DNA of 64,000 bases. Origin: a virus. The stretch is taken from the IMG/VR virus record IMGVR_UViG_3300033182_000538, positions 64,001-128,000 of that record. One strand, written 5' to 3'. Made by a program: the position numbers and the translations under genes. Below, piece by piece: positions 37,115 to 47,214 of this stretch; position 1 is the first letter of the stretch, and the number at the start of each line of letters is the position of its first letter. The notes under the pieces are model-generated. The model was not told the DNA's origin. It searched no databases and saw nothing but the letters and a program-made list of their open reading frames with translations.

Positions 37115-38037
37115 TACTTATTAATTCCCATTAAAATGTTTAACATCATCGCCATTACGTTGATTTCTTTATCAACTACCATAGAATCTTTGTACTGACC
37201 ATCTGCGATGTTTAAGATAGTCTGACCCACTTTACCACTTGCGTAATTATCTACCTCATCATAAAGAGCCCTATATAAAGGAGTAAAGTCCTTTACCTTA
37301 GAGTCAGCGATGATTTGTCTGATTTCAGTAAATTGTTGTTTTATATCACCAGTTTCTTTGAGAATGTTTATAACATTTTCAGTATAGTTCGCTTGAACAG
37401 TGGATGTAGCATCAATCTTTAATGTACCATTTACCACTTGTCGCTGTGCAGCATTTAATACTCTACGAATATCAGGATAACCACTATTGACAAGAACGGC
37501 AAGGTCTTCTTTATTGAACTCAACACCCTCTTCATTTAAGATATCAAACAATCGCTTTGCCACTTCTTTTTTAGATGGTGGTGTAATAGCGAATGTCTGA
37601 CATCTACTTTGGATTGGGTCAATCACTTTTTCGACATAGTTACAAGTCAAAATGAAACGAGTAGATTTACTGAAAGTTTCCATTAGATTACGAAGTGCAG
37701 CTTGAGCGTTTGGTGTCAAGTAGTCTGCCTCATCCAAGATTACAACTTTCCACTTACGGAATCCCATAGATGATGCGAATCCACGAATCTTATCACGAAC
37801 TGCATCTACGGAGTTTTCATCCGAAGCGTTGATGTACATAACATCACAATCAATCTGATTGGTAATGATTTTAGCGAGGGTAGTCTTACCTGTACCTGCT
37901 ACTCCGTAGAGTAACAAGTGAGGTACATCCTCATTCTCAATGTAAATCTTTACTTTCTCAAGGATATGTTCGTTTCCAACATAACCTTCTAAACTATTCG
38001 GGCGGTAGCGTTCCACCCAGAGACTATTATTACTCAT
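37114..38037 (-). CDS. Clamp loader ATPase (T4 gp44/RFC small subunit)
   Basis: LWVERYRP, GVAGTGKTT, INASDE, LDEAD, QSRC. Confidence 0.95.
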   Translation of the reverse strand: MSNNSLWVERYRPNSLEGYVGNEHILEKVKIYIENEDVPHLLLYGVAGTGKTTLAKIITNQIDCDVMYINASDENSVDAVRDKIRGFASSMGFRKWKVVILDEADYLTPNAQAALRNLMETFSKSTRFILTCNYVEKVIDPIQSRCQTFAITPPSKKEVAKRLFDILNEEGVEFNKEDLAVLVNSGYPDIRRVLNAAQRQVVNGTLKIDATSTVQANYTENVINILKETGDIKQQFTEIRQIIADSKVKDFTPLYRALYDEVDNYASGKVGQTILNIADGQYKDSMVVDKEINVMAMMLNILMGINK

Positions 38038-39224
38038 CGACCTACTTCTTTTAAGTATTTCTTTTTACAATCTTCCCAAGACATTCCAATGATATCTAAG
38101 TAAAACAATGGTTCTGGCTTAATACGACCTTCATCATAGAGTTTTGTATATCTACGAATAGCTTTAGGTTTCCACCAATTCATTGTGTATTCATCACCAT
38201 CAACAAACTTTTTCTTCATATTTAACTGATTATCATCAATTTCATTACGAAGAAACTCATTCCCATTATCATACATCTGAGCGAAGTATACACCTCTTTT
38301 GAATCCGTGTTGATACTGAGATTGTTTGATTCCCAACTCTTTGAAAATCATAGTTAGAATACGTTGTTTTACACCTGATACAGGCCCTTCGATACCTTCT
38401 TTCTGAGTAGTATTCTTTGTATACTCTTCAGATTTATGTTCTTTCAACCATTGGTGCCACACATCGTAATATGTGTCATCTGGTTTAATTGATACCTTTC
38501 CTGCTGACTCACCCAATGTCTTAAAGTGTGGGATACCATTATATTGAGAGTGGATACCATACAAAGATGTGGTGCCTACTGCGATAAGGGTCTGACCATA
38601 TTTTTCTTTCCAATAATCTCTAACTATTGGGCTGGTCGTTAAACAGGCGACTAACTTACCACCTAAGAAATTGTATCCTAAAGGTTGTGTACATACAATG
38701 GTGGTAGCGATAGTAGTGTGATTTAATTTACCATCTTTGAATTTGTTGTCTTTTGACCAACCAATGTAGGTATCTCGAACTCCCAATGAGGTAACATCAG
38801 AACCCAACGAAACTAATCCTAATAACTTACCACTAACTCGGTCTTTGATGTATAACTTTACGTTACGACCTGGATTAGCTACGAAAGACATCGTGTGAAT
38901 CAGTTTACGGATTTCAGTCCAACGAGTGGATTCCTTTGAATCCTTAACAATCTCAACATATGGTTCAAGGGTCTCAATCTCTTGGATTGTTTGTTCTTTG
39001 TTCATAATGTCAGTTGGAGCCCACAATTGGTCAATATATTGAGCCATTGCGGCTTTCCTCTTCATAGAGTTGGATAAGTCTGAATTCCACTCATCCCACT
39101 TCTTGTAAAGAGTTTGTTCCTCTACAGTCATAGATTGAAGATAGTCCATATTCTCAATGAACTTCTTCTTCTCGTTATCGTAGTTGAACTCTGGCTTCGC
39201 TGGTTCTGTGTCCCAAAATTGCAT
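38034..39224 (-). CDS. DUF4338 (DruA-like) protein, probable GNAT/Mom-related fold
   Basis: NPGRNVKLYIKDRVSGKLLG, PLGYNFLGGKLVA, TTSLYG..SQYN. Confidence 0.7.
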   Translation of the reverse strand: MQFWDTEPAKPEFNYDNEKKKFIENMDYLQSMTVEEQTLYKKWDEWNSDLSNSMKRKAAMAQYIDQLWAPTDIMNKEQTIQEIETLEPYVEIVKDSKESTRWTEIRKLIHTMSFVANPGRNVKLYIKDRVSGKLLGLVSLGSDVTSLGVRDTYIGWSKDNKFKDGKLNHTTIATTIVCTQPLGYNFLGGKLVACLTTSPIVRDYWKEKYGQTLIAVGTTSLYGIHSQYNGIPHFKTLGESAGKVSIKPDDTYYDVWHQWLKEHKSEEYTKNTTQKEGIEGPVSGVKQRILTMIFKELGIKQSQYQHGFKRGVYFAQMYDNGNEFLRNEIDDNQLNMKKKFVDGDEYTMNWWKPKAIRRYTKLYDEGRIKPEPLFYLDIIGMSWEDCKKKYLKEVGR

Positions 39225-39225
39225 A

Positions 39226-39921
39226 TTACTTAATTTCTACTAAATAATAATTTGATTTAAATCCATCGTGCTCAAACGAAACGTGAGCAAGTCCTTGAGG
39301 AGAAATCTTCAATGAAGATGATTTAGCACCTCTATTAGCATTTAGAATTTCTTTCAAATACTTAGCTGAGAAAGAAATAGGTTCAACATCACCCTCACAA
39401 GTACAATCAACATTGATAGAGATTCTATTTGAGTTGATTTTAGAATAACCCAAGATTACCTCACCTTTGTTTTCTTTACAAGTGAATGTAAATGTATCTG
39501 AATCAGACATAGCACCCTTTGCTTTTGTAAACGTAGATACAAAGTCATCATCCATTGTGATTGTAGATGTAAAAGGAGGAAGTTGTTTCAACTCAGGTAC
39601 AACTGGAATCACCGATAAATCAGCCAACATATAGTTTACTGATGTTTTAGTGTCCGAGAAAACCAAAGCTGCGTCACCTTCGTTTACATCAACTTGACTA
39701 CCCAATACACCGAGTAGACCTTTTAGTTGAGATGTGGTGTAAACACCATACTCACCATTTGGAAATTCCTTCTCCTCAGATGATACACTACCCAAAAGAG
39801 TTTTGTCATCCGAAATAAAAGATACTTCCATTCCTTCATCGGTTGAGTTGATTTTTACACTCTCAACCTCACCACCCAAGTTATATCGGGCGATAAATCC
39901 TTCAAACGAACTTTTTTTCAT
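39226..39921 (-). CDS. Sliding clamp (T4 gp45/PCNA-like)
   Basis: 231 aa, acidic, beta-rich, ISFSAKYLKEIL, ends YYLVEIK; lies between PolB and clamp loader. Confidence 0.7.
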   Translation of the reverse strand: MKKSSFEGFIARYNLGGEVESVKINSTDEGMEVSFISDDKTLLGSVSSEEKEFPNGEYGVYTTSQLKGLLGVLGSQVDVNEGDAALVFSDTKTSVNYMLADLSVIPVVPELKQLPPFTSTITMDDDFVSTFTKAKGAMSDSDTFTFTCKENKGEVILGYSKINSNRISINVDCTCEGDVEPISFSAKYLKEILNANRGAKSSSLKISPQGLAHVSFEHDGFKSNYYLVEIK

Positions 39922-39943
39922 ACTTTTTATTGTTTAATGTTAG

Positions 39944-39977
39944 ACTAATATACGAAATTTATTTTTAATATCCAAAT
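39944..39977 (-). promoter_or_regulatory. Bacteroidota-type -33/-7 promoter
   Basis: Sense TTTGgatattaaaaataaatttcgTATATTAG. Confidence 0.75.
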
Positions 39978-42496
39978 TAAAATGAGAAAAATTGTGATGC
40001 AGCTGCAAGGTTCGGATTTGGTTTCTCCCAATCCATAGCTTTGTAGAAGTCATCAAGTTTATTATTCAACTCTTTTTCCCAAATCAAATCATAATCAATG
40101 TATTGTTGGATAAACTCATTTATTTGTGGTGGGTCTGAGTGACCCGTAAACGCTGTGGTCTGAAGACCAAGCGGGTTCTTCTTCAAATATACCCATTTAA
40201 TCTTGTCACCATCTTTCATTGGTTCATACTTGTAAGGTGCGTTAAACTTCTTCAACAATTGGTTGTAAGTAATAGCCGCCTTAACGTGAGCAGGCGTTCC
40301 CTTCTTGAATTCACCCAATGCTTGATTCTTAAATAGATACTTTGACATATCCTTTACCGCTGAGTTCTTTGCGATGTCTACAAAGTTTTGACTGGTCATT
40401 CCATCTTTATAATCCAAAATCTTTTGGTCAATCTCATCTTTGTTAGTAGACTTTAGAATGTCCATCAAAACCGTTGACATCACTTCCTTGAAGTATGTTG
40501 GGAATGAACTTCGTTTTACATCAAGTCCCTTCACATCCAACTTATCACAAGGTACAGTATTGTCATTAATAATCCATTGTGCGTATCTCTTCTTTGATAC
40601 CCAAAAACCACCCTTTGCGATAGTCTCTTGTTTGATATCAAATCGGTGAGTATCCACATTGAACATCTTATATGCCATTACATCATATACTTTGTTGATA
40701 TGTGTTTCTACTTCTTTTGCAACTGATAGAATCGCTGGAATCATTTCTTCATCCGAATCTTCGTTGATGTTTGGATTACGAGACTTTACCAATGGTGCAG
40801 CTTGATAGAATACTGAATCAGTATCAGTATATACATTGTAATCTGCTTCCTTACCAATGTTCTTTGTATAGTATTGGTTAGCAATCATCTCAGTAGTCTT
40901 AATCACCGACTGACCTGTAATGGTAGTTGCTTCCGCATTATCCACATCGTAGAATCTGAATGATGGTAGACCCAATACACCATAAAGGGAGTTCAACATA
41001 ATCTTTTGAACCAATTGTCTCTGAGAGTAGAACTTGTAGAGTTCATCATTACCTTCTTTACCATACTTCTTCATAAGGTCTTTGTACTCCACACGTTTGT
41101 CAAACCAAACATTAAGAATCTCAGGAATCACACCAACTTTGTCTCTACGATAAAGTACACCATTTGCTGCGATTGAGTAATCATTCTTCTGAACAAACTC
41201 TAAGAATCGGTCTTTAGGTAGTGGTGGGAACTCATTACCATCATCATCTACAATTGAGTATGATTCAATCTTACCCTTCATATGGTCTTCAGATGAATAG
41301 TTCTTCAATTTACCAATCTTGGTCTCTGGCGAGATATTGATTGTCATAATGATAGATGGATATAGTGATGTCAAATCCAAATCGTATACCCACTTGTAAA
41401 GACCAGGTTTTGGTTCTTTTACATAAGCACCCGTAAACTTACCTTCACCATCAGACCCATCAGCATTACGATTCATTCTCTTTGGTTTATTAGGAGCTAC
41501 CCTACCACTCCTTCTCAAGAATGTCAAGATAGCACCCTCTAACCACTTTGATGAGAATAAAAAGTCTTCATAGAAAACGTGACCAGCGTGACAAATCGCC
41601 TGAGCCAATTGAATGAACTGAAGTTTCTTGTCCATATCAACAACCAACTCCACATCCACCAAGTTATACTCAATGAACTTTTCCAAGTCATCTCTGAATA
41701 GTTGGTCAAGGTTTCCTTCATACTCAATCTTACCACGACCCAATGTCATATTAGCAATAGTGTCTAATCGGTAGTTTGGGAATTCTTGGTAGGTAAAGTT
41801 CTTGAACAACGCAAGATAATCCAAACACGAAATACCAGCGATGATATATCTATTACGATACTTGTTCCAACTAACCTTTCCAATAGGAGACAATTCGTTT
41901 GCTTTTCGTTCACCAAAAAGAACCTTAATACGATTGTATAGGTAGGTAACATCAAAGTAGTCAATGTTCCAACCAGTCACAATAGTAGGATTGATTTCTT
42001 TCCATTTGTTGATGAAAGCAATCACCATTTCCTCTTCAGTATCAAACGACTCTACTTGAGCTCCCTTGATAGTTTTGTTGATTTTCTCACCTTTGTTTAC
42101 TACATAGACAAAGTAATCGCCAGTTACGGAATCGTGACCAGCGACTGATGTCATTGCGTTCTGAGCTTCATTAATATCAGGTAAACCACTATTCATCTCT
42201 ACCTCAATATCAAATGTCAAAATAGTATGACCTTTAGAGATTTCATCTGAATCACCATACTCATCAATCAGAAAACGAGTTACTTCATTTACATCACTTT
42301 CGTATAGCTCCAAGTCATCTTCTTGTTTCCAAAAGTTTATCTTTTTAAGACGCTCTCCGTGAATAGAAGTATGAGCACCATTACCATCTCTAACGTAACC
42401 ATATCTACGGTACTTAGATGTGAAGTAACCTTTTTCATCATCCCAACAATGGATGATAGATTTTTCTTTTTCATAGTATACGTTTTGATATGCCAT
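39977..42496 (-). CDS. DNA polymerase family B (T4 gp43-like)
   Basis: Exo FDIEVE, GWNIDYFD, YNLVD; pol DLTSLYPSII, KIMLNSLYG, YTDTDS, KKRY. Confidence 0.98.
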   Translation of the reverse strand: MAYQNVYYEKEKSIIHCWDDEKGYFTSKYRRYGYVRDGNGAHTSIHGERLKKINFWKQEDDLELYESDVNEVTRFLIDEYGDSDEISKGHTILTFDIEVEMNSGLPDINEAQNAMTSVAGHDSVTGDYFVYVVNKGEKINKTIKGAQVESFDTEEEMVIAFINKWKEINPTIVTGWNIDYFDVTYLYNRIKVLFGERKANELSPIGKVSWNKYRNRYIIAGISCLDYLALFKNFTYQEFPNYRLDTIANMTLGRGKIEYEGNLDQLFRDDLEKFIEYNLVDVELVVDMDKKLQFIQLAQAICHAGHVFYEDFLFSSKWLEGAILTFLRRSGRVAPNKPKRMNRNADGSDGEGKFTGAYVKEPKPGLYKWVYDLDLTSLYPSIIMTINISPETKIGKLKNYSSEDHMKGKIESYSIVDDDGNEFPPLPKDRFLEFVQKNDYSIAANGVLYRRDKVGVIPEILNVWFDKRVEYKDLMKKYGKEGNDELYKFYSQRQLVQKIMLNSLYGVLGLPSFRFYDVDNAEATTITGQSVIKTTEMIANQYYTKNIGKEADYNVYTDTDSVFYQAAPLVKSRNPNINEDSDEEMIPAILSVAKEVETHINKVYDVMAYKMFNVDTHRFDIKQETIAKGGFWVSKKRYAQWIINDNTVPCDKLDVKGLDVKRSSFPTYFKEVMSTVLMDILKSTNKDEIDQKILDYKDGMTSQNFVDIAKNSAVKDMSKYLFKNQALGEFKKGTPAHVKAAITYNQLLKKFNAPYKYEPMKDGDKIKWVYLKKNPLGLQTTAFTGHSDPPQINEFIQQYIDYDLIWEKELNNKLDDFYKAMDWEKPNPNLAAASQFFSF

Positions 42497-43629
42497 TAAC
42501 CTTGTAACCTTTTATGTAATTCTTTAATCATTATATCTTCATTCAAAGATAGTTCCACAGCCCTTACGACTGACATACTGTCTCGTTCTTGTCTGAATGT
42601 GTCATCATCCAACAATTTATCAAGATAATCAAATAAGTCTTTTTTATACTTGAAGAACATTCCGTTTGGGTCAATCTCGTGATAACAATCAGATTCATTC
42701 CAAATCATAGGACACCCGTTCATCATACAATCCGTACCACTTACTGACCACCCATAGTTAGTTTGTCTCATTTGGATACCTACCAAACAATCTTGCAATC
42801 TCTTGTAGTAATCGTGTTTAGGTACTTTTGTATTATCAATCCAAGAATATGGTGGGTCACCTTTTAGTTGTGGAATCCACACCTTGAAATCTTCTCGTTG
42901 TTTACGATACTCTTTCATCAGTTCAATAAACTTTGGATATCCCTTGTATGCAGCTGCACGATGGTTAAATACGATTACTCTATCTTTAGAGTCTTTGATA
43001 CCATCAACAATCTTGTCTTTAGGTAATCCTAAGTTCCATACTTTTAGAATTCCATCCAACTTCTGAACAAACTCTTCGTTGAATAGTTCTCTTGCTTCAT
43101 TCAATACTCTATTCTTTTGGTCTTGAGTATTAAGATAACATACATCCATTTGAGATACACCAAGTAGTTCAATAGGTAACCACAACCACTTAGGTTTACC
43201 AGCTCTATTGTCCGGCCCATTACACGATTTCATTTCCCACCAATGACAATAACCCACAATCTTAGTGTCCATTGTTTTTTTGTATCTACCCACTTGAACC
43301 CAATCTGGTAGGTGTGAATAGATTACATCGTAATCAATGTCTTTGAGTAGATTGATAAGTTTAGATGATGGGAATGACCTCTGATTCATCATATCACCAG
43401 GAATGTCAATTTGGTGTTGTTTGACATTTGGTAGATTCAACTTCTTACTGATTTTGCCAGTGGGCATTAGGATATTCCAATAGTAATCGCCATAAGAGTC
43501 CAATGCTTTGATGTGGTTATGAATCACATCAACAAATGAATCTTTATCAATGTTGGAAGAATTCGTTATGTTTGGTATAACGAGTACCTTCCTTGCTTTA
43601 CTATAATCTATTGCTTCCCAAAACTGCAT
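42496..43629 (-). CDS. GT-B glycosyltransferase, candidate DNA-base glycosyltransferase
   Basis: VIYSHLPD, VFNHRAAAYKGY, GWSVSGTDCMMNGCP; translationally coupled to PolB (TAATG). Confidence 0.7.
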   Translation of the reverse strand: MQFWEAIDYSKARKVLVIPNITNSSNIDKDSFVDVIHNHIKALDSYGDYYWNILMPTGKISKKLNLPNVKQHQIDIPGDMMNQRSFPSSKLINLLKDIDYDVIYSHLPDWVQVGRYKKTMDTKIVGYCHWWEMKSCNGPDNRAGKPKWLWLPIELLGVSQMDVCYLNTQDQKNRVLNEARELFNEEFVQKLDGILKVWNLGLPKDKIVDGIKDSKDRVIVFNHRAAAYKGYPKFIELMKEYRKQREDFKVWIPQLKGDPPYSWIDNTKVPKHDYYKRLQDCLVGIQMRQTNYGWSVSGTDCMMNGCPMIWNESDCYHEIDPNGMFFKYKKDLFDYLDKLLDDDTFRQERDSMSVVRAVELSLNEDIMIKELHKRLQG

Positions 43630-45404
43630 TATACAAATAAGTTTTTATGAGCAGTATTAACCTTAGATTCTACATTGTAATAATCGGTGATTAATTCATC
43701 TTTTTTATATAATCTAACTCTACCCAAACTTCTATCAATACCAATCCCATACTTTGGTTTCTCATAGTGATTCTTACTATTCACAAAGTTGAATTTAGTA
43801 TAAGGGCCTATTTTTCGTTGATTATATTCGTATGTAGAAAACGATGCGTATTTAGTAGCTGAGTGATTATTAGGTACTCGCTGTCCATTTTGAATGTTTG
43901 GTTTAATGTATTTTTTCCAAGCATCACTAATTGTTTTTATTATTAAATCATCAGATTCAACGCCCACTAACGCATCTTCAACATTAAATGATGTAATTGA
44001 ATTTTCATATAATTCAATTGCGGATGAGAATGATGGTTCATCATAAACATCATCATCGTAAGCAGAGTATAAAGAAATACCCAATTCTTTAGCTATATCT
44101 AAATAATAATCAGTATTTAATTGAAAGTCTTTTGGATTTTCTAATATATCAATTCCCAATTGAGCTGTTGGTTTATCAAATGAAACAAACATATTTTGAA
44201 ATAAATCCTCATAAGTTTTATTAAACTCACCCATATCATCAACATACCTACATAATCTACCTAATAAACCTTGTAGTAAAGATGTAACTACCTTTGATGA
44301 TTCAACAATACCCTTTATGAATGGTTTGTTTTGATGATATAGATTAGTCAATTCTCCATATGTTTGAACAGGGAATAACTCTTTATCAACTAACTTATCC
44401 AAGTTAACACCACATCCCAAAGAACCATCAATAAACAATGCAACATCTTTTCCATTTAATTTTGAATATTCAAATGTTCTTTTGATTATTTCGGTTAAAG
44501 TTCTTTCAGATTTATCAACTGTATCCAATCCTATCAACTCCAAACCTTCGTTATATGCTTCAGAGTTAAGTTCAACTTTGTTTGAAGTTTCACCCATACA
44601 TATAACAGATGGTATACCCCAATCTGATAACATACGCAATGCAGCTTCCATTATTTCTCTTGGCTTTAATCTAATAATATAGACACCAAATCTATCTACT
44701 TCAGTAGTATTACTATGTTGAGCCAATCTTTGCATTATATACGATACATTATTTTTATCATACTGAATAAAGTAGGTCACTCCATCATCAACATTTTTTA
44801 ACAAATGAGGAACGCCTCTATAATGTTCATTTGGTTCTATTTTATGATAAATGATATCACTACCACGAGATGCATCTAACATAGAAATATTAGTTGCACC
44901 AACTGCTCCAAATGTACAACCAATATCTCTTAGCTCCTTAGCCAAATTTACATATCTACTTTTAGCTTGGGGTGTAGTTCCAAACTGGTCCTCATCAAAG
45001 AATACCAAATCTTGAGGCGTTAAATTTTTTATGAATTCATCTTGCTTATGTGGTTTGAAGAAGTGTAGTAATCGCTGAAATCTATAATCAACGGAACTCA
45101 TTTGGGTTACTGCTCTATTCAAACCATCAACGTGAGCAGTAGATGTATATGATGTAGTTATATATGATTTTGATTTTGGGTCTCTATCTAACCACAAAGA
45201 AGCAACACCAATCATAATTTGAGTTTTACCACTCTGCATTGGTGCAGATATTGTAAAGTAAGGAAGTTCAGACTTATACGCAGGGTCAGTTATCTTTTTG
45301 AAGATAGATTGAGCTTCATCAATCTCATCGGGTTTTGGTGGATTAATTGGATTGGTTTTCCAAGTTTCAAATAAGCTTTTTGAATTTTCTTTTTTTAATC
45401 TCAT
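43629..45404 (-). CDS. SF2 helicase/ATPase-like protein
   Basis: Walker A APMQSGKT, Walker B FFDEDQ, motif III GAT, GCGVNL, QGLLGRLCRY. Confidence 0.7.
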   Translation of the reverse strand: MRLKKENSKSLFETWKTNPINPPKPDEIDEAQSIFKKITDPAYKSELPYFTISAPMQSGKTQIMIGVASLWLDRDPKSKSYITTSYTSTAHVDGLNRAVTQMSSVDYRFQRLLHFFKPHKQDEFIKNLTPQDLVFFDEDQFGTTPQAKSRYVNLAKELRDIGCTFGAVGATNISMLDASRGSDIIYHKIEPNEHYRGVPHLLKNVDDGVTYFIQYDKNNVSYIMQRLAQHSNTTEVDRFGVYIIRLKPREIMEAALRMLSDWGIPSVICMGETSNKVELNSEAYNEGLELIGLDTVDKSERTLTEIIKRTFEYSKLNGKDVALFIDGSLGCGVNLDKLVDKELFPVQTYGELTNLYHQNKPFIKGIVESSKVVTSLLQGLLGRLCRYVDDMGEFNKTYEDLFQNMFVSFDKPTAQLGIDILENPKDFQLNTDYYLDIAKELGISLYSAYDDDVYDEPSFSSAIELYENSITSFNVEDALVGVESDDLIIKTISDAWKKYIKPNIQNGQRVPNNHSATKYASFSTYEYNQRKIGPYTKFNFVNSKNHYEKPKYGIGIDRSLGRVRLYKKDELITDYYNVESKVNTAHKNLFV

Positions 45405-45429
45405 TGATATGTTTTAGATTTTAATGTTT

Positions 45430-45465
45430 TACAAACATACGAATAATTTTTTAATTATCCAAATA
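45430..45465 (-). promoter_or_regulatory. Bacteroidota-type -33/-7 promoter
   Basis: Sense TTTGgataattaaaaaattattcgTATGTTTG, a full TAnnTTTG match. Confidence 0.8.
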
Positions 45466-45468
45466 TTT

Positions 45469-46260
45469 TTACCAAAAACTTACTTGATTTTCTGGCTCGT
45501 AAGTTTCGTGTCTTTCAATCGGTGGTAAGAACTCTTCTGCGTTCTTAGGATACGGACTCGTTTTGTGTTTGAGTCGTTTAGTTAGTTGCCGCTTTTCAGA
45601 TTTGTTCTGACCTAATACTTGAATGTATCGGTGTTTAGGAGCTTCTCTCTTTCTCCAAAACTCTTTGTACCCATCTTTACCAATCTCGGTTTTGAGATGT
45701 TCTACGTTGTGACTACCCCACTTTGAAAATACAGTTCTTGAGTGAATCCACTTATGTGGGTTTTCTAAGGATACTGAATAGTTAGGCATTAGTTGAATAT
45801 CACGACAATCTTGATATAACCAATTCGTTGCTTGATAGATACCACCTAAATGTAATTGTTCAGGGTCAGCGTAACTCAACAACATTTTTATGTTTGGTGC
45901 GTTTTCACGAATCCATTTAAATGATTGACCCATAGCGTATGATTCAATATTTGACCCATAACCATCGTGGATGAACAATCGTGTCAATTCCAAACATTGG
46001 TCTTTTTCTAATCCATCAATTACTGAAGTGATTGCTGACCTTCCTACTGGATATCCATAAACTAAACATCCGATTAATTTTTCATCATTTCCAAGAATGT
46101 CTATTTCATCTGATTTATAGAAGATACCAAGAGCATATCTACACATAGTCCAAGCGTGGGAGTAGTGATGGGTTACAATCATCTCCTTAGCAATAGGTTT
46201 ATTTATTTCACGAATCGTTACTCGTGATGTGTCAACATATGTCTTATTTGCTTCTTTCAA
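45469..46260 (-). CDS. Mom-like DNA modification protein (GNAT fold), copy 2
   Basis: HHYSH, LIGCLVYGYP, LELTRLF, NIES, LSYADP, GGIYQATNW, KHRY. Confidence 0.85.
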   Translation of the reverse strand: MKEANKTYVDTSRVTIREINKPIAKEMIVTHHYSHAWTMCRYALGIFYKSDEIDILGNDEKLIGCLVYGYPVGRSAITSVIDGLEKDQCLELTRLFIHDGYGSNIESYAMGQSFKWIRENAPNIKMLLSYADPEQLHLGGIYQATNWLYQDCRDIQLMPNYSVSLENPHKWIHSRTVFSKWGSHNVEHLKTEIGKDGYKEFWRKREAPKHRYIQVLGQNKSEKRQLTKRLKHKTSPYPKNAEEFLPPIERHETYEPENQVSFW

Positions 46261-46999
46261 TCGGTTCTAATTTATAAATCTCTTCCTCAAATAATTCACT
46301 TTTCTTCGGATAGGGTAAAGATGGGTACTTGAGTGTTTTCAATATACGACTTTTTTTTGACTTATCCAAAATATAAACGTATCTATGTTTCCGTGGTTCT
46401 TTTTTAATCCAAAATGGTTTATTTATCATCTCTTGGATTTTTTTTGGGTTGTTTGTCCCAAATTTTACGAATGAAGTCCGACTATGATGCCACTCATCAT
46501 CTTCAGACCACTTGAAAGACCAAGAATCGTTAGGTCTTACTTTGTTTCCTTGATATATCCAATTTGTTGACTGATATACAGTCCCCAAGTGACCAACCTT
46601 TGGGTCTGAGTAGGATATCAATGCTCTAATGTGTTTTGCGTGTTCTCGTAACCACTTGAATGTTTGTCCAACGAACCAGCTTTCTATATTACACCCATAC
46701 CCATCAAATACGAATAATCGTGTAAGTTCTAATACTTCGGTTCGTTCAAGAAGTGGTGATATGGACTGACCAGAGTGTCTACCTATGGGGTCACCATATG
46801 TAGCTACTCCAATCAACTTGTCCGTGGATTCAAAGAATTGGTGAGAGTCATCTTGTATATACAATCCAAGTGCGTAAGATACCTTTGTCCAAATCCCACT
46901 ATAATGGTTGTTTACCACTATATCTTTTGCGACTGATTTGGAAATAGGTCTTACTGATAACTTAGAAATGTCAGTATATACCTTCCCTTCAATTTTCAT
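46244..46999 (-). CDS. Mom-like DNA modification protein (GNAT fold), copy 1
   Basis: NHYSG, LIGVATYGDP, LELTRLF, NIES, ISYSDP..GHLGTVYQSTNW, KHRY. Confidence 0.85.
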   Translation of the reverse strand: MKIEGKVYTDISKLSVRPISKSVAKDIVVNNHYSGIWTKVSYALGLYIQDDSHQFFESTDKLIGVATYGDPIGRHSGQSISPLLERTEVLELTRLFVFDGYGCNIESWFVGQTFKWLREHAKHIRALISYSDPKVGHLGTVYQSTNWIYQGNKVRPNDSWSFKWSEDDEWHHSRTSFVKFGTNNPKKIQEMINKPFWIKKEPRKHRYVYILDKSKKSRILKTLKYPSLPYPKKSELFEEEIYKLEPIERSK

Positions 47000-47214
47000 T
47001 GATAATCGTTAAATTCACCAAATAATATATGAGTCCAAGTTTCACCTTTCACAATCTTACGAATGTTGGCGGGTGATACACCATTGTTTCGGGCCAATAC
47101 TCTAATGTTTCGGTGTCCCACAGCCCATAGTTTACGAATAGACCTTACTTGTTTTTCCGTTAATTTATGTTGTGGATGTGATTCGCCTCTTAATGCCATT
47201 TTGTATCTTTTCAT
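46996..47214 (-). CDS. Stand-alone HTH DNA-binding protein (HNH homing endonuclease C-terminal type)
   Basis: GESHPQHKLTEKQVRSIR...LARNNGVSPANIRKIVKGETW. Confidence 0.75.
   Translation of the reverse strand: MKRYKMALRGESHPQHKLTEKQVRSIRKLWAVGHRNIRVLARNNGVSPANIRKIVKGETWTHILFGEFNDYQ

Noticed and set aside
38034-39224. Druantia anti-phage defence system
   Set aside because: Only a DruA-like domain; no large DruE helicase or DruB-D; its position between clamp and clamp loader indicates a phage replication or modification role
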